From a virus (lineage: Duplodnaviria; Caudoviricetes), in IMG/VR virus record IMGVR_UViG_3300030107_003962, positions 1 to 61,102 of that record: a stretch of DNA of 61,102 bases; one strand, written 5' to 3'. Below, one piece after another: positions 1-10,403 of this stretch; the stretch's first letter is position 1; each line of letters opens with the position of its first letter. Below the pieces are notes generated by a model, which saw nothing but the letters and a program-made list of their open reading frames with translations, ran no database searches and was not told the origin of the DNA. The position numbers and the translations under genes are program-made.

Positions 1-98
1 TTTTAATAAACAAATATGATATAAATGTAAATCTACATAATGGATATATTGCGGGATTAAATGTAGGTGATACTTTTGTGTATGAGATTGCATCTGAT
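1..98. repeat. Terminal direct repeat (circular assembly overlap), copy 1
   Basis: 1-98 is identical to 61003-61100. The reading frame is continuous across the join (offset 61002 is divisible by 3). Confidence 0.95.
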
Positions 99-3000
99 AG
101 ATGGTATAAATTTCAAATTTTAGAAAAAGGGCCGTTTAATCAAGCAAACGGACAGGCATTCTTAGTTAGCTTTGTAACAGAGAATATAACGGGCGGCGAA
201 ACAGCAATAAGCAACTATTTCCCCGGAGACAATACACAGTCAGTATTTTTTAAATTTGGGAAATCAGAGCCGGGACCGGCTGGACCTCCGGGTACTGATG
301 GGTATACAGTAATATTAACTAACCCAGCTCATGCCTTACCAAGAGATGCTAGTGGGACTATAAGTTACGCAAATTCTGGAACGAGTGTTCAAGTTTACAA
401 AGGAGGGCAACAATTAATACCAACAGATGATTCTGGCGCTCCACAAGATGGATATTTTAAAGTATTAAGTGTAGCTGATGATAATATTACAGCAGGAGCT
501 CAAACGGTATATCCAGTAGGAAATTATATAAGATTTGATGACCATAGTGATTGGGCCAATGTAAATGTTCCAATTGCTGAAATTATAATAAATTTAGAGA
601 TTGAAAGCACTCAGCTCATTTTAGGGGCGACTCAAAGTTTAACATTAACTCAAGATGGAACTCCGGGGTCTGATGGTAGCGATGGAGGTCCGGGGTCTGA
701 TGGGGAACCGGGTGCTCCGGGAGCTGATGGGACTACCTCTAATAATATAGCTAACCCAGAATATAGCACATTTGAATGGTGGGCAACTCCTTTAACTCCT
801 TTTAATTCGGATAGGTCAGTATCTATAGTTGATAATTCAACAGGTTCAGAATCAACAGATGCATGGCAGGGTAGTCGTATGGTTAAGTTTGTAGGGCATA
901 CAGATACTTCAAATAATTTATTCTGGTTTTCTCCAAAAGAAGCAACTGCTGGAGGAACTAATTTAGTCCCAGCCGATTATAATACAGGTAGCTTTACCAA
1001 TGTAACCACTCCCGGTGATGTCATTATATCTTATTATTGGTTTTGTAGCAATACAAGCGGAGTGTCGGTTACACATAAAATTAGATATGCATATGATGAC
1101 TCTGGGACTACAGTTGTTGGAACTAGGTCTCTTGGTACTCAAACATCTAGTGCATCTTGGCAGAGAATATCCTATAGGTTTGACGAGAATGTTGTAGGGA
1201 TAAAGCCGTTAATACTAGGGTTAGAGATTGAAGATTCAGGCGCTCAATTTAGTCATTATATAGATGCCTTTATGATTGAAGATGCACAAGGGCAGGACAC
1301 TCCAACTACTTTTACTCCTCCATTTCCCGGCTCTACTCAACATTCAAATATATATGATTTTTACGACCCTCCTTTAGATTCAGACGGAAATGTAGTTGGG
1401 GATGGGTACTTTGGTGATTTACTGAATGACCCTCAAAGGATAGGATTTGTAAAAGATGGAAATTGGATTACTTATATGGGTGAGGAAGGTGATTTTTATC
1501 TTACCGGTCAAGGGGATAATAATAATTACTTGCAATGGGATTCCTCTGAATCATTATTAACTATTAATGCTCAGTTGGCAATTGGAACAGAGACTATAAA
1601 TAGATTTTATGTAGCAGGTGGCAATAATGGTAAAATTGGAGTAAACCAATACGATGATGATGCTTCTTACAATCAAAGGAAAATATGGCATAATAATATA
1701 GCATTACCAGATGAAATTCCATCTAGTATATCTGAGCATAATTCTGTTTATAACTTAGACTCAGAAGCAGTTACTGACGAAATAGACGATTCATTAATAA
1801 TGGTTGTATTTAAAAAGGATATGACGATAAGATGGAGTGGTTATATAGTAACAGGTGTTTATGATATAGATAATCTAACAGTTCAAGAAAACACATATTC
1901 TAATTGGATAGCATATATAAATGGCACAGCTACATTACCAAGTCCTGTGAGTGAATATATTGCCGAAGATGACCTTATAATAATATTGTCAAAGGGGACA
2001 ACTATAATATCTCCTGATTTTGGAGATGTATTAATTAATCATGGATGCTCTAATCCATTCGGACATTCTGGGCAAGGTTCAATTTATTTTGACACAGAGG
2101 ATGTTGTTGGTTGGGGAGTTCCAAATTTAGGCGTAAGTAATTGGCAGAATGCATTCCAAACATCTCATGCATATGCATTTCAAAGAAGGTTTAAAAATGG
2201 CGCTGGAACTGGAATTTCTTCAGTAGTAGCATCATATGGAGAGACGGACAAATTTAAACTTGCAGAATTAGAGTTTACATATCTTAATGGAGTTTTAAAT
2301 GGCGGTGGAGCTGGTGTAGGAACGAGTATAAATGGTAATTTAATCACAACGGGTAGTATACAATCAAATAATTATATAGTAGGCAGTCCCTCAGATGAAT
2401 ATACTTCGACTGGAACTATTATCAATTTATCCGATGGTTCTATACAATCAAAGAACTTTTACATCAAAGGTAATGGAGATGCATCATTTAGTGGAGCATT
2501 AAGTGCAGCCTCTGGAACATTTACTGGACAGGTAGATGCAGGGGGAGTTAAGATAGGAGGTGGAGTTAATGCATCTACTGACTATGGCCTATATATGGAC
2601 TCTACAAACTATTGGTATAAAGATAATTCTAGTGCTATTCAATTCGTACTTGGCTCTGCTGATAATTATATAACATTTTCAAGCGATGTATTGTCAATAA
2701 AGGCTGCAAACTTAACTCTTGGCTCTTACAATCTTAATGACCCAGATAATCTTATAAGTTATATAAATACATCTGATAGCGGAGTTCGCATTGGGGGAGA
2801 GCTTATAGATATAAGTGGTAGGACTACCTTCTCATCTGGATTTGGAATAAACAGAACTGTATTTATGTTTGATGGAACTGATTCTGTTAGTCAGCACGTT
2901 AGCTCAAGTAATTACGGTTGGCTTATGACTACCAGTTTAGAAGATAGTAATGCCTCTAATGATATGCCGGGTAATCTAACTTTCAATTTATCTTACAGTC

Positions 3001-4508
3001 ATAAACTTCATAATTATAGACATCATTATTTTGATGATTTATATGCAGCTGGTGGTACTGGATTAGGGGCAGGACCTAATCAAGGTAGTGATGCCAATCA
3101 AAATGATATAAGCGATTATGCTAGTGATAATACTACTGTAGTTAATGGACCAGAGTTGCCGGTAGATAAACCTGCGGTCTTAAGAGTAGGAAACTATTCA
3201 GGTGATGATGGACCAGAATGGTTTATTTTCAATAAGCAAAACCAATATTTTGGATGCGATGAAGCTGTAGATGGTCATAGTAATGAAGCAGATTGCGACT
3301 TACTAGCTGTTGACCACGCAGATGGGTTAGCAGGACATTGGAAAGTTAAGAGCAATCAATATAGTACTGGACAAGTTCTTAGAGAGGGTAAGTATATATG
3401 GCCCTATAGGCAAGATAGAAGATATAAAATGACAGTTAGAGTGAAGTGGTCTGCAGATAATGGTGCCGGTAGACTTTGGGCAGGATTTGAATGTTATGAT
3501 GTTGGAGGGACAAGATTAAATGCAGCTGGAACTGATTCTTCTGGCAATCAACATTATTTTGTTTTACAAGCTCAATCTAGGGGTACTGTGGGGGGTACAT
3601 GGAGAACATTTACTGGATATATGGAAGGTTGGGCTCCACCAGAGACAAGTCCATATACTCACAATAATGACTCTTGGGACTCTAGCGCATCCTCTCCATT
3701 GACAGCTAGATATGGAACATATTATTTTGCACCTGTATTTATATGTAATATGGATAACTCAAGTGAAGCGACTTCAGGAAGAATATATGTTGATTATATA
3801 AAGGTTGAAGAAGAGGATAGTGGTATAACGGTAATAGATGGCGATACTATAACTACTGGAACAATTTCTGCTGATAGAATAGATGTAGATGCTTTAGTGG
3901 CAACCGATGCGTTTGTCAATAATTCTATTACTATAGGAGACGTAACTACTCTTCTTCTTGATGAGACGACATCAATAACAGGTAATGCAATTGATACGGG
4001 GACTATAGATGCAGATGTAGTGTCTGTTGACAATCTAAATGCAGATAATATTACTAGTGGTAGTTTGGCTACTGTTTCTGGCGGTGATGAGATTACACAA
4101 ACGATAACAGAGGGTGCGGGTACTAGTAATGTATTAACTGATGATGACTGGGTTAATTGCTTTAGTGTAGTCATTCCTCCAAATAAAGGAATTTCAGTTT
4201 TTTGTAATATAAAAGCATATGGGTCATGGGATAGTATAAATACTAGTGCTTTTGCTGGAGGGATAGGTTATGAAATCGATACAAATGATACTAATTGTCC
4301 TCCTGACGATGGTAATCCGGGGCAATTGCAATGGATGTCTTCCGATGCAATACTATCAACACAGTTTACCGGAACAACTAATTATGTTAATGAAAGCGAA
4401 TCTGATAAAACTTTTTACTTTAAATATTATGTTGGTAAACATGATTTAACTAACCCTCAAGCAAATATTAATTACAGTTACATAGAATTTAAGAGAGCAG
4501 AAACATAA
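1..4508 (+). CDS. Giant tail fibre, C-terminal part (the track start at GTG 78 is an artefact of the window edge)
   Basis: The frame is open from base 3 (LINKYDINVNLHNG...). Contains collagen-like runs, IDGDTITTGTISADRID gp58-like beta-helix repeats and carbohydrate-binding-like beta domains. Confidence 0.85.
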   Translation, partial: LINKYDINVNLHNGYIAGLNVGDTFVYEIASDRWYKFQILEKGPFNQANGQAFLVSFVTENITGGETAISNYFPGDNTQSVFFKFGKSEPGPAGPPGTDGYTVILTNPAHALPRDASGTISYANSGTSVQVYKGGQQLIPTDDSGAPQDGYFKVLSVADDNITAGAQTVYPVGNYIRFDDHSDWANVNVPIAEIIINLEIESTQLILGATQSLTLTQDGTPGSDGSDGGPGSDGEPGAPGADGTTSNNIANPEYSTFEWWATPLTPFNSDRSVSIVDNSTGSESTDAWQGSRMVKFVGHTDTSNNLFWFSPKEATAGGTNLVPADYNTGSFTNVTTPGDVIISYYWFCSNTSGVSVTHKIRYAYDDSGTTVVGTRSLGTQTSSASWQRISYRFDENVVGIKPLILGLEIEDSGAQFSHYIDAFMIEDAQGQDTPTTFTPPFPGSTQHSNIYDFYDPPLDSDGNVVGDGYFGDLLNDPQRIGFVKDGNWITYMGEEGDFYLTGQGDNNNYLQWDSSESLLTINAQLAIGTETINRFYVAGGNNGKIGVNQYDDDASYNQRKIWHNNIALPDEIPSSISEHNSVYNLDSEAVTDEIDDSLIMVVFKKDMTIRWSGYIVTGVYDIDNLTVQENTYSNWIAYINGTATLPSPVSEYIAEDDLIIILSKGTTIISPDFGDVLINHGCSNPFGHSGQGSIYFDTEDVVGWGVPNLGVSNWQNAFQTSHAYAFQRRFKNGAGTGISSVVASYGETDKFKLAELEFTYLNGVLNGGGAGVGTSINGNLITTGSIQSNNYIVGSPSDEYTSTGTIINLSDGSIQSKNFYIKGNGDASFSGALSAASGTFTGQVDAGGVKIGGGVNASTDYGLYMDSTNYWYKDNSSAIQFVLGSADNYITFSSDVLSIKAANLTLGSYNLNDPDNLISYINTSDSGVRIGGELIDISGRTTFSSGFGINRTVFMFDGTDSVSQHVSSSNYGWLMTTSLEDSNASNDMPGNLTFNLSYSHKLHNYRHHYFDDLYAAGGTGLGAGPNQGSDANQNDISDYASDNTTVVNGPELPVDKPAVLRVGNYSGDDGPEWFIFNKQNQYFGCDEAVDGHSNEADCDLLAVDHADGLAGHWKVKSNQYSTGQVLREGKYIWPYRQDRRYKMTVRVKWSADNGAGRLWAGFECYDVGGTRLNAAGTDSSGNQHYFVLQAQSRGTVGGTWRTFTGYMEGWAPPETSPYTHNNDSWDSSASSPLTARYGTYYFAPVFICNMDNSSEATSGRIYVDYIKVEEEDSGITVIDGDTITTGTISADRIDVDALVATDAFVNNSITIGDVTTLLLDETTSITGNAIDTGTIDADVVSVDNLNADNITSGSLATVSGGDEITQTITEGAGTSNVLTDDDWVNCFSVVIPPNKGISVFCNIKAYGSWDSINTSAFAGGIGYEIDTNDTNCPPDDGNPGQLQWMSSDAILSTQFTGTTNYVNESESDKTFYFKYYVGKHDLTNPQANINYSYIEFKRAET

Positions 4509-4520
4509 CAAGGAGTAAAT

Positions 4521-4760
4521 ATGTCAAGATATATATTATATGATTCATCTGGGAATATAGTCCGAATGCAACGGACTGCCATAGATGATAGTTTAGCGAG
4601 AAAGTCAGGTTTGACGCAATTAGAGGTAGCATCAACCTTAGATGGAGAAGAAGCTCTTATGGATTATGAGGTGGTTGGTGGGGTCTGCCAACTTAAAGCT
4701 GGCAAGACAGCCGGGAGAGTTGTTAGAAATGGGACTGTTCCTGCTCCGGGTGGAGAATAG
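4521..4760 (+). CDS. Small fibre-associated protein (possible fibre assembly chaperone)
   Basis: RBS AAGGAG; YILYDSSGNIV N-terminus typical of genes following fibres. Confidence 0.6.
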   Translation: MSRYILYDSSGNIVRMQRTAIDDSLARKSGLTQLEVASTLDGEEALMDYEVVGGVCQLKAGKTAGRVVRNGTVPAPGGE

Positions 4761-4773
4761 TCAATAAAAGTAT

Positions 4774-4802
4774 TTGATAAAAGTTGATAATATAACTAAA
4801 TT
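4774..4802 (+). promoter_or_regulatory. Sigma70-like promoter for the ejection-protein block
   Basis: TTGATA-N17-TAAATT in an intergenic gap. Confidence 0.5.
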
Positions 4803-4827
4803 ATATGTTAAATAAAAGGAGAAAAGT

Positions 4828-4995
4828 ATGGACTTAAAAGAAAAGCTAATAGCGCTAGAGAAACAAGCCGAAGAATTAAAGGGTATGTTCATGAAAGTGA
4901 TGGGTGCGATTGAGCTAACTAAGACTCTAATTGACGAAGAGAGTAGTGACGCCCCAGCTGAAGATAAGCCAGAAGATAAACCAGAAGAAGGATAA
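4828..4995 (+). CDS. 55-aa coiled-coil protein (not in ORF track)
   Basis: RBS AAGGAG; MDLKEKLIALEKQAEELKGMFMKVMGAIELTKTLIDEE... Confidence 0.75.
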   Translation: MDLKEKLIALEKQAEELKGMFMKVMGAIELTKTLIDEESSDAPAEDKPEDKPEEG

Positions 4996-4997
4996 AT

Positions 4998-7532
4998 ATG
5001 TCTAACCTTATTACGAATCCCGCCAATCAAGGTGGTGGTAGCCGAAGAAGTGCAAAGTCAATTCAAAATAGAGCCGACTCTTATAGGGAGACTTTAAGGA
5101 ATCAAATTGATAAAATGCACGATGACGCTGATAGAGAAAGAGAAGAAGGTCTATTTAGCGAAAGAAATATGGCTTTCTTAAACGCCGCTATATCAATAAG
5201 GGGGTTCGTAGAGGGAGCAAGGAGCAATAGGGTAGAAAATCAAATTGATTCCCGTGGAGGATTATCTACCCTTGGCATCAAAAGAGATGAGCGAACAGAA
5301 ATATTAAACCCGGATGGTTCTGGGGATTATATTGCTAATCCAAATGAAGGTAAGTGGCTGACTGCCGATGATGAGGTCGCCACTTGGACTATGGCTGAAA
5401 AAGTTGAGCATCAGGGCTTTTTTGATAAATTCGCAAAGAATATGCTAGGATGGCACGCAGGAGTTGTAGACCTAGAGGATGGTGCATACGCAGGGACAAA
5501 TCCGATAAAAGAGGAGGAGCGGAAAAGACTTACTGGTACTGATAGTCCTATAGAGGGGATGCTAAATAACATTAGAGGCTTATTTAAAGGTGAGAAGAAT
5601 GCTAATGAAGTATTAAATAATAGCCCCGGCATAATAAGCCAACAAGAAGATGCAGACGAAGAAGAGGTGGCAACGGCTGTTAATAATTCAAATCTATCAT
5701 TACAGGAAATACTAAATCCATTAGCTGTTCCAACAAAGCTAGATATTCTCAACGATAGACTGAGTCAAGGAGAATCCCCATATCCAAATCCTTTAGATAG
5801 ATATGAAGGAGAGTCACTTTATACAGTCCCAACTTTTGAGCCGACAGAAATAGGGTTTAATACTCTTCCATCTCAGTTTGATGTTACATCCCCTGATTAT
5901 GTTCCTGTGGAAGGTACTAATCCTAATTATCAGCATAGCCAAAGAATAAGAGAGGGGCACATATTAGATTTAGAGACTGCTCCAGATGAATATTTTACTA
6001 AAAATGATATGACGAGAGGTGATGCAAGTGAATCAACTCATATGATGTCTCATCAACCTATATATCGTAATATCCACGGGAATCCAGACCAATATGAAGA
6101 TGGTGATTATAGGAAGTATGGATTTGCTAGTGAAGAGGAAATGGAAAAATTCCGGTCATATACCGAGAAAACAAACAATGAAAGAAAATCAAGAGCAATG
6201 TATCAAGACTGGTCTATTATCACTCCAGAACATGACCAATGGGAGCCGCTTTCGATGGAGGATTTCATAGAGTCTTTTTCTTACCATAGAGGTAAAGCCC
6301 TAGCTGGGAATGAGTGGGGTAACCCGGAATATGTTAGTGAAATTCAAGGATGGGCAGTACATCCATCATTATTCCCTGAAGACCCTGATGCTCCATCTAC
6401 GCATTATGATGATTGGGTTGACTATACAGATGACGAGCAAGGTGCATTAGAGTATGCAAAGGGTAGAGGGGAGGTATATTATTACGATACTGAAGATGAG
6501 GCTTTAGCCCATGCAACTGGAGGTTGGAAAGATTATGAATCTCCATACAAAGAAACACAAATAGGATTTGGTCAAGGAAGAAATCCTATAGATTTACTTA
6601 ATATGGACCTCTCTGGGGCAACTCAAGAAATTCCTGCTTATGAAGAACCAGAAGTCGTTGAGGAGACTGATGATAATGCTGTAATTATTACCAATGAAGG
6701 AGATATAGTAAACCCCACAAGAAAGACTAAAGAAGATATAGAGGCTGAATATGGAATTAATATAGTTCCAACTACTAATGAAGAGGAAGAGGAAGTGCCT
6801 GCAGATGATAGTGAAGAAAGGGATGAATTAGGTGCTGAACTAATGGATAAATATGGTCCAGATGCATTTGCGATAGCGCAGGAGTATATAGATAAAAATA
6901 ATGGAGAAGGTTGGGCTCCAGACGAGAATATTCACGAAGAAGTATATAGATTCTTGGGCGGAAAACACGACTTGCATCCAGATGCAAAAGGTTGGGCAAC
7001 ACTTACATTCTCTCAAGAGGTGAAAGATAATACGAAAAAGATTAAAGAAGTTAAAAAGAATATAGTTGATGACGATGTCTCTAGTCCCACATATTCTACG
7101 GTTCCGGAGGTTCAAGTTGTAGATAATAGGCCGACTGTTGAAGATATAATGGCCGAATACGAAAATAGAGATGATAGAATTGCGCATTGGGATTTACATA
7201 GATATATGGAAAATTATGGTAGGGATAGATATGATGAATATATGGAAAATTTTTATGACCCTGCTTTAGATGACGAAGAATCGTGGCAATTCCAATGGGA
7301 TAAATTCCAAGAGGAAGAGGGATTTACAGTAAATGAAGATGGGACTGATATCGCAGTAGATGGAGATGGTAACTATATGTGGGATGGGCTTAATTCTCAA
7401 ATATCTATTCCTGATAGTAATAAAAAGAAAGGCTCCCAGATTTATCTCGAAAGAATGAAGAAAAGATTTAAGAAAAAATTCAATGCGTGGGCAGAACCTC
7501 AATATAAAATAAGAGATAGGGATAACTTTTAA
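4998..7532 (+). CDS. Highly acidic 844-aa protein, putative internal virion/ejected protein
   Basis: First large gene of the post-fibre block; D/E-rich with a basic C-terminus; no family recognised. Confidence 0.5.
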   Translation: MSNLITNPANQGGGSRRSAKSIQNRADSYRETLRNQIDKMHDDADREREEGLFSERNMAFLNAAISIRGFVEGARSNRVENQIDSRGGLSTLGIKRDERTEILNPDGSGDYIANPNEGKWLTADDEVATWTMAEKVEHQGFFDKFAKNMLGWHAGVVDLEDGAYAGTNPIKEEERKRLTGTDSPIEGMLNNIRGLFKGEKNANEVLNNSPGIISQQEDADEEEVATAVNNSNLSLQEILNPLAVPTKLDILNDRLSQGESPYPNPLDRYEGESLYTVPTFEPTEIGFNTLPSQFDVTSPDYVPVEGTNPNYQHSQRIREGHILDLETAPDEYFTKNDMTRGDASESTHMMSHQPIYRNIHGNPDQYEDGDYRKYGFASEEEMEKFRSYTEKTNNERKSRAMYQDWSIITPEHDQWEPLSMEDFIESFSYHRGKALAGNEWGNPEYVSEIQGWAVHPSLFPEDPDAPSTHYDDWVDYTDDEQGALEYAKGRGEVYYYDTEDEALAHATGGWKDYESPYKETQIGFGQGRNPIDLLNMDLSGATQEIPAYEEPEVVEETDDNAVIITNEGDIVNPTRKTKEDIEAEYGINIVPTTNEEEEEVPADDSEERDELGAELMDKYGPDAFAIAQEYIDKNNGEGWAPDENIHEEVYRFLGGKHDLHPDAKGWATLTFSQEVKDNTKKIKEVKKNIVDDDVSSPTYSTVPEVQVVDNRPTVEDIMAEYENRDDRIAHWDLHRYMENYGRDRYDEYMENFYDPALDDEESWQFQWDKFQEEEGFTVNEDGTDIAVDGDGNYMWDGLNSQISIPDSNKKKGSQIYLERMKKRFKKKFNAWAEPQYKIRDRDNF

Positions 7533-8818
7533 TGAGCTATACAGATTATAATGCCAATAGGGACGATACTGGTGATTGGGATTTTTTAGAATTAGAACCC
7601 TATAAAGACCCTGAATATAGAAAAAAATACACTCAAGATATAATTAAAGAGCATGATGGTAAGCGATTCGATGAAATGGACGAGCTTGAGATTGAAGAGG
7701 TTACAAAGAAATTTATAGACAAAGGAATAGATGTCCCTGAATATTTCAATGAAATGAGTCAATCTAAAATTGACAAAAAAGTAGAAGATTGGAATATAAA
7801 GAGAAAAAAAGAACTAGATGAAGCGGATGCCATAAAGGCTGCTGAAAAAGCAAAAATACCGGGCAAGATAGTTACGACATATAGTGATGTTAAAGGCGTA
7901 AAAGATAGCATACAATCTATAGAGGCAGAATCTGAAACAATAGCTGATGAAGATTCAAATATTTTTTTAAAAACAGATGCGACTTTAGGTGTTGGAGAAA
8001 ATGTATCTAGTTTACTTGGTACGGGTTCAAAGGCAACAGGCAACGTCCCTATATTTGGCAAGAAAAAGGTATTAAAAGGGGCAAGTAAAATTCTAGGAGA
8101 TTTAGGGGATGCTATTCATAAAGGCGAAGGAGCTGTTGGTGGTATCACAGAATATGGAAAGGCTAAAGCAACTCAAGCTGGTGGTCTAGTAGGAAATGTA
8201 AAAAAGGGAATATCAAAAGTTGCCTCCAAGGGAATAGAGCACGGAAGCAAGTTAGCCGGGAATATAGTAGAGCATGGTTTAGATAAAACGGGAGATATTA
8301 TAGGAAAAACTCCCATTGTAGGCAAGACAGTAAATAAAGTTTTAGACGAAACAGGCAAGTTAATAGGCGATAAATTAATTAAAAAGGGTGGAGAAAAACT
8401 TGCCACCAAAATAGGTGAGGCAGGTGCTAATATACCTATAGCTAAAATGGTTTCCACAGGAAGTAAAATAGCCGACGTAGTGGGCATTACAGATGATAGA
8501 CGAATGGTCGAATCAGAGGAAGAACAAATAGCAGATGTGGCGGCGGCGACAGCTGGGACAGCAACAGTTGGAGCAACATTAGCTGCAGGTGGTGTAGCTG
8601 GAAGTGGAACCGTAGCAGCAGCAACTACTGCGGCGGCGACTACAGCAGCAGCAGGAGGTAGTTTAGGTGCAGCTGCATCAGCGGCCTTGGCGGCTATGGG
8701 TCCTGTTGGATGGGCAGCCTTAGCGATAGGTGGAATAGGGGCGGCATTTGGATTGTTAGGACAAGGTAATAGTCGTAAAGTTCAAGATAGGATGATAGGA
8801 GCAAGGTCTAGGAAATGA
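7532..8818 (+). CDS. Putative ejection (pilot) protein with C-terminal Gly/Ala hydrophobic membrane segment
   Basis: AAATTAAAGGSLGAAASAALAAMGPVGWAALAIGGIGAAFGLLG glycine-zipper segment; genomic position. Confidence 0.6.
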   Translation: MSYTDYNANRDDTGDWDFLELEPYKDPEYRKKYTQDIIKEHDGKRFDEMDELEIEEVTKKFIDKGIDVPEYFNEMSQSKIDKKVEDWNIKRKKELDEADAIKAAEKAKIPGKIVTTYSDVKGVKDSIQSIEAESETIADEDSNIFLKTDATLGVGENVSSLLGTGSKATGNVPIFGKKKVLKGASKILGDLGDAIHKGEGAVGGITEYGKAKATQAGGLVGNVKKGISKVASKGIEHGSKLAGNIVEHGLDKTGDIIGKTPIVGKTVNKVLDETGKLIGDKLIKKGGEKLATKIGEAGANIPIAKMVSTGSKIADVVGITDDRRMVESEEEQIADVAAATAGTATVGATLAAGGVAGSGTVAAATTAAATTAAAGGSLGAAASAALAAMGPVGWAALAIGGIGAAFGLLGQGNSRKVQDRMIGARSRK

Positions 8819-9198
8819 TAGATTTGTCTAGTTTTAAAGATTATATGGCAGACCCTAGTGTTTTAAAAGAAGAGCACATTAAAGATTTTAATGATAAGAC
8901 AAAAAATATACCATATAGAATAGAGGATTCTTGTTTTGATGACAAGTATACAACTATAGTTTTTGATACAGGATGGATTACATTCCATATAGAAGATAAA
9001 GTCTGTTATATAATGGCTTACTATAGAGATAAAAAGAGTTCCGGAGTTAAAAAAGATGAGATATGGAGTGCTTTTAAAGATATGCTAAAGAAGAATGACT
9101 GCAAAAAAATAACAATGTATACTAAGGTCAATCCCGATATGTGGAAACGCAGATATGGATTTGCAATAAGTAGATACGAAATGGAAGCTATATTATGA
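8815..9198 (+). CDS. GNAT-fold acyltransferase-like virion-module protein (T7 gp13-like position)
   Basis: 127 aa with the GWITF..CYI..YY..K..G...(C)KKITMYT...RYGF pattern; lies immediately before an internal virion gene. Confidence 0.5.
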   Translation: MIDLSSFKDYMADPSVLKEEHIKDFNDKTKNIPYRIEDSCFDDKYTTIVFDTGWITFHIEDKVCYIMAYYRDKKSSGVKKDEIWSAFKDMLKKNDCKKITMYTKVNPDMWKRRYGFAISRYEMEAIL

Positions 9199-10403
9199 AG
9201 ATATATACTAGTGTAGAATGGACATGGGATGATGACTTGGGTAAAATGGTTGAAGTGTCATCTGATTCTTATGATTATGAAGGCGAACTTCATTTAATGG
9301 GCGGAGAAAAAGGTAATAATAAGGACAGGCAAGACGATAGAAAATCTATGGATATGACTGTAGAACAGCTTGAGAATGTATTGAAGCAATATGAGAAAGC
9401 TGGTGACCCTACAAATAGTCCATTTGCAGATGCTATTGAAAGAATGAGAATAGATACTGAAACTAAAATAAAGGAATCTACAGATGGATTTAATCTTGCT
9501 AAAGACCAAGCTAGAGACCAATATGATTTAGAGAAACAGATGGGGCAAAAGGGTTATGCGGATTCTATAAGGCAATCAAAGGAGCAGATGGGCAGAATGC
9601 ATCAAGAGGCTACAGCCCAAATCCAAGATGCTAGGAGCGGAGCAAGTGATGCAGCCTTTGAAAGTATGGTACAAGAGGGAGTAGGTGGACTGGCCGCTTC
9701 CGGTGGCAGAAAAAGGAAAATATTATCAGAAAAGGCAAAGCAACAAGTTGGCTCAATGACATTGGGATTAAAACACGCAAGAGATGCAGAAAAAGCTCAA
9801 CAGAGAGCTCAAGAATCTTCTTTAAGTAGAGATGTTGCATCGGGAGCTTTTGCTATGGACCAAAAAAATGAAACAGCTGAAATGCAATTAGACCAAGCCA
9901 AATCTCAACTAAGAAGAGACGAGAAGTCTTTTGTAGATGAGCAACAGGAAGCACAAACAGATGCATTGGAAAATTTAAGAGATACAGCTTTTGGAATGAT
10001 TCAAGATACCGAGAGAAGTTTCTTGTCGAGACATTCAACGTGGGGACATCCAGACTCTGATTCAGTTAATTGGGACCCTTGGAATAAACATTTTGATGAT
10101 TATGATGATGAGATAGGCAGAGACCGTAGCGATTTACTTGGAAGTGGCGATACATCAACTAGATATGAAGATGTCGATGAGTGGCATAATTGGTCTGATG
10201 AGAGGTTAAAAGAAAACATAGAATTAGTTGGAGTATCTAATTCTGGAATTAATATTTATGAATTTGACTTTAAAAATAAAATCTATGGAGAAGGAAGATA
10301 TGTAGGGGTAATGGCACAAGAGGTTCCAGAGGCTGCATATGAGGTGGATGGATATTTATGTGTTGATTATAATAAAATAGATGTAAATATGAGGAGAGTA
10401 TAA
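9195..10403 (+). CDS. Internal virion protein with N-terminal leader (..LHLMGG) and C-terminal Peptidase_S74 intramolecular chaperone domain
   Basis: WSDERLKENI...IYEFDFK...GVMAQEV...VDYNKI at the C-terminus; helical Q/E/A-rich body. Confidence 0.7.
   Translation: MKIYTSVEWTWDDDLGKMVEVSSDSYDYEGELHLMGGEKGNNKDRQDDRKSMDMTVEQLENVLKQYEKAGDPTNSPFADAIERMRIDTETKIKESTDGFNLAKDQARDQYDLEKQMGQKGYADSIRQSKEQMGRMHQEATAQIQDARSGASDAAFESMVQEGVGGLAASGGRKRKILSEKAKQQVGSMTLGLKHARDAEKAQQRAQESSLSRDVASGAFAMDQKNETAEMQLDQAKSQLRRDEKSFVDEQQEAQTDALENLRDTAFGMIQDTERSFLSRHSTWGHPDSDSVNWDPWNKHFDDYDDEIGRDRSDLLGSGDTSTRYEDVDEWHNWSDERLKENIELVGVSNSGINIYEFDFKNKIYGEGRYVGVMAQEVPEAAYEVDGYLCVDYNKIDVNMRRV

Noticed and set aside
4761-5030. 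89-aa minus-strand ORF in the track
   Set aside because: Shadow of the plus-strand 55-aa ORF 4828-4995, which has an RBS and promoter.
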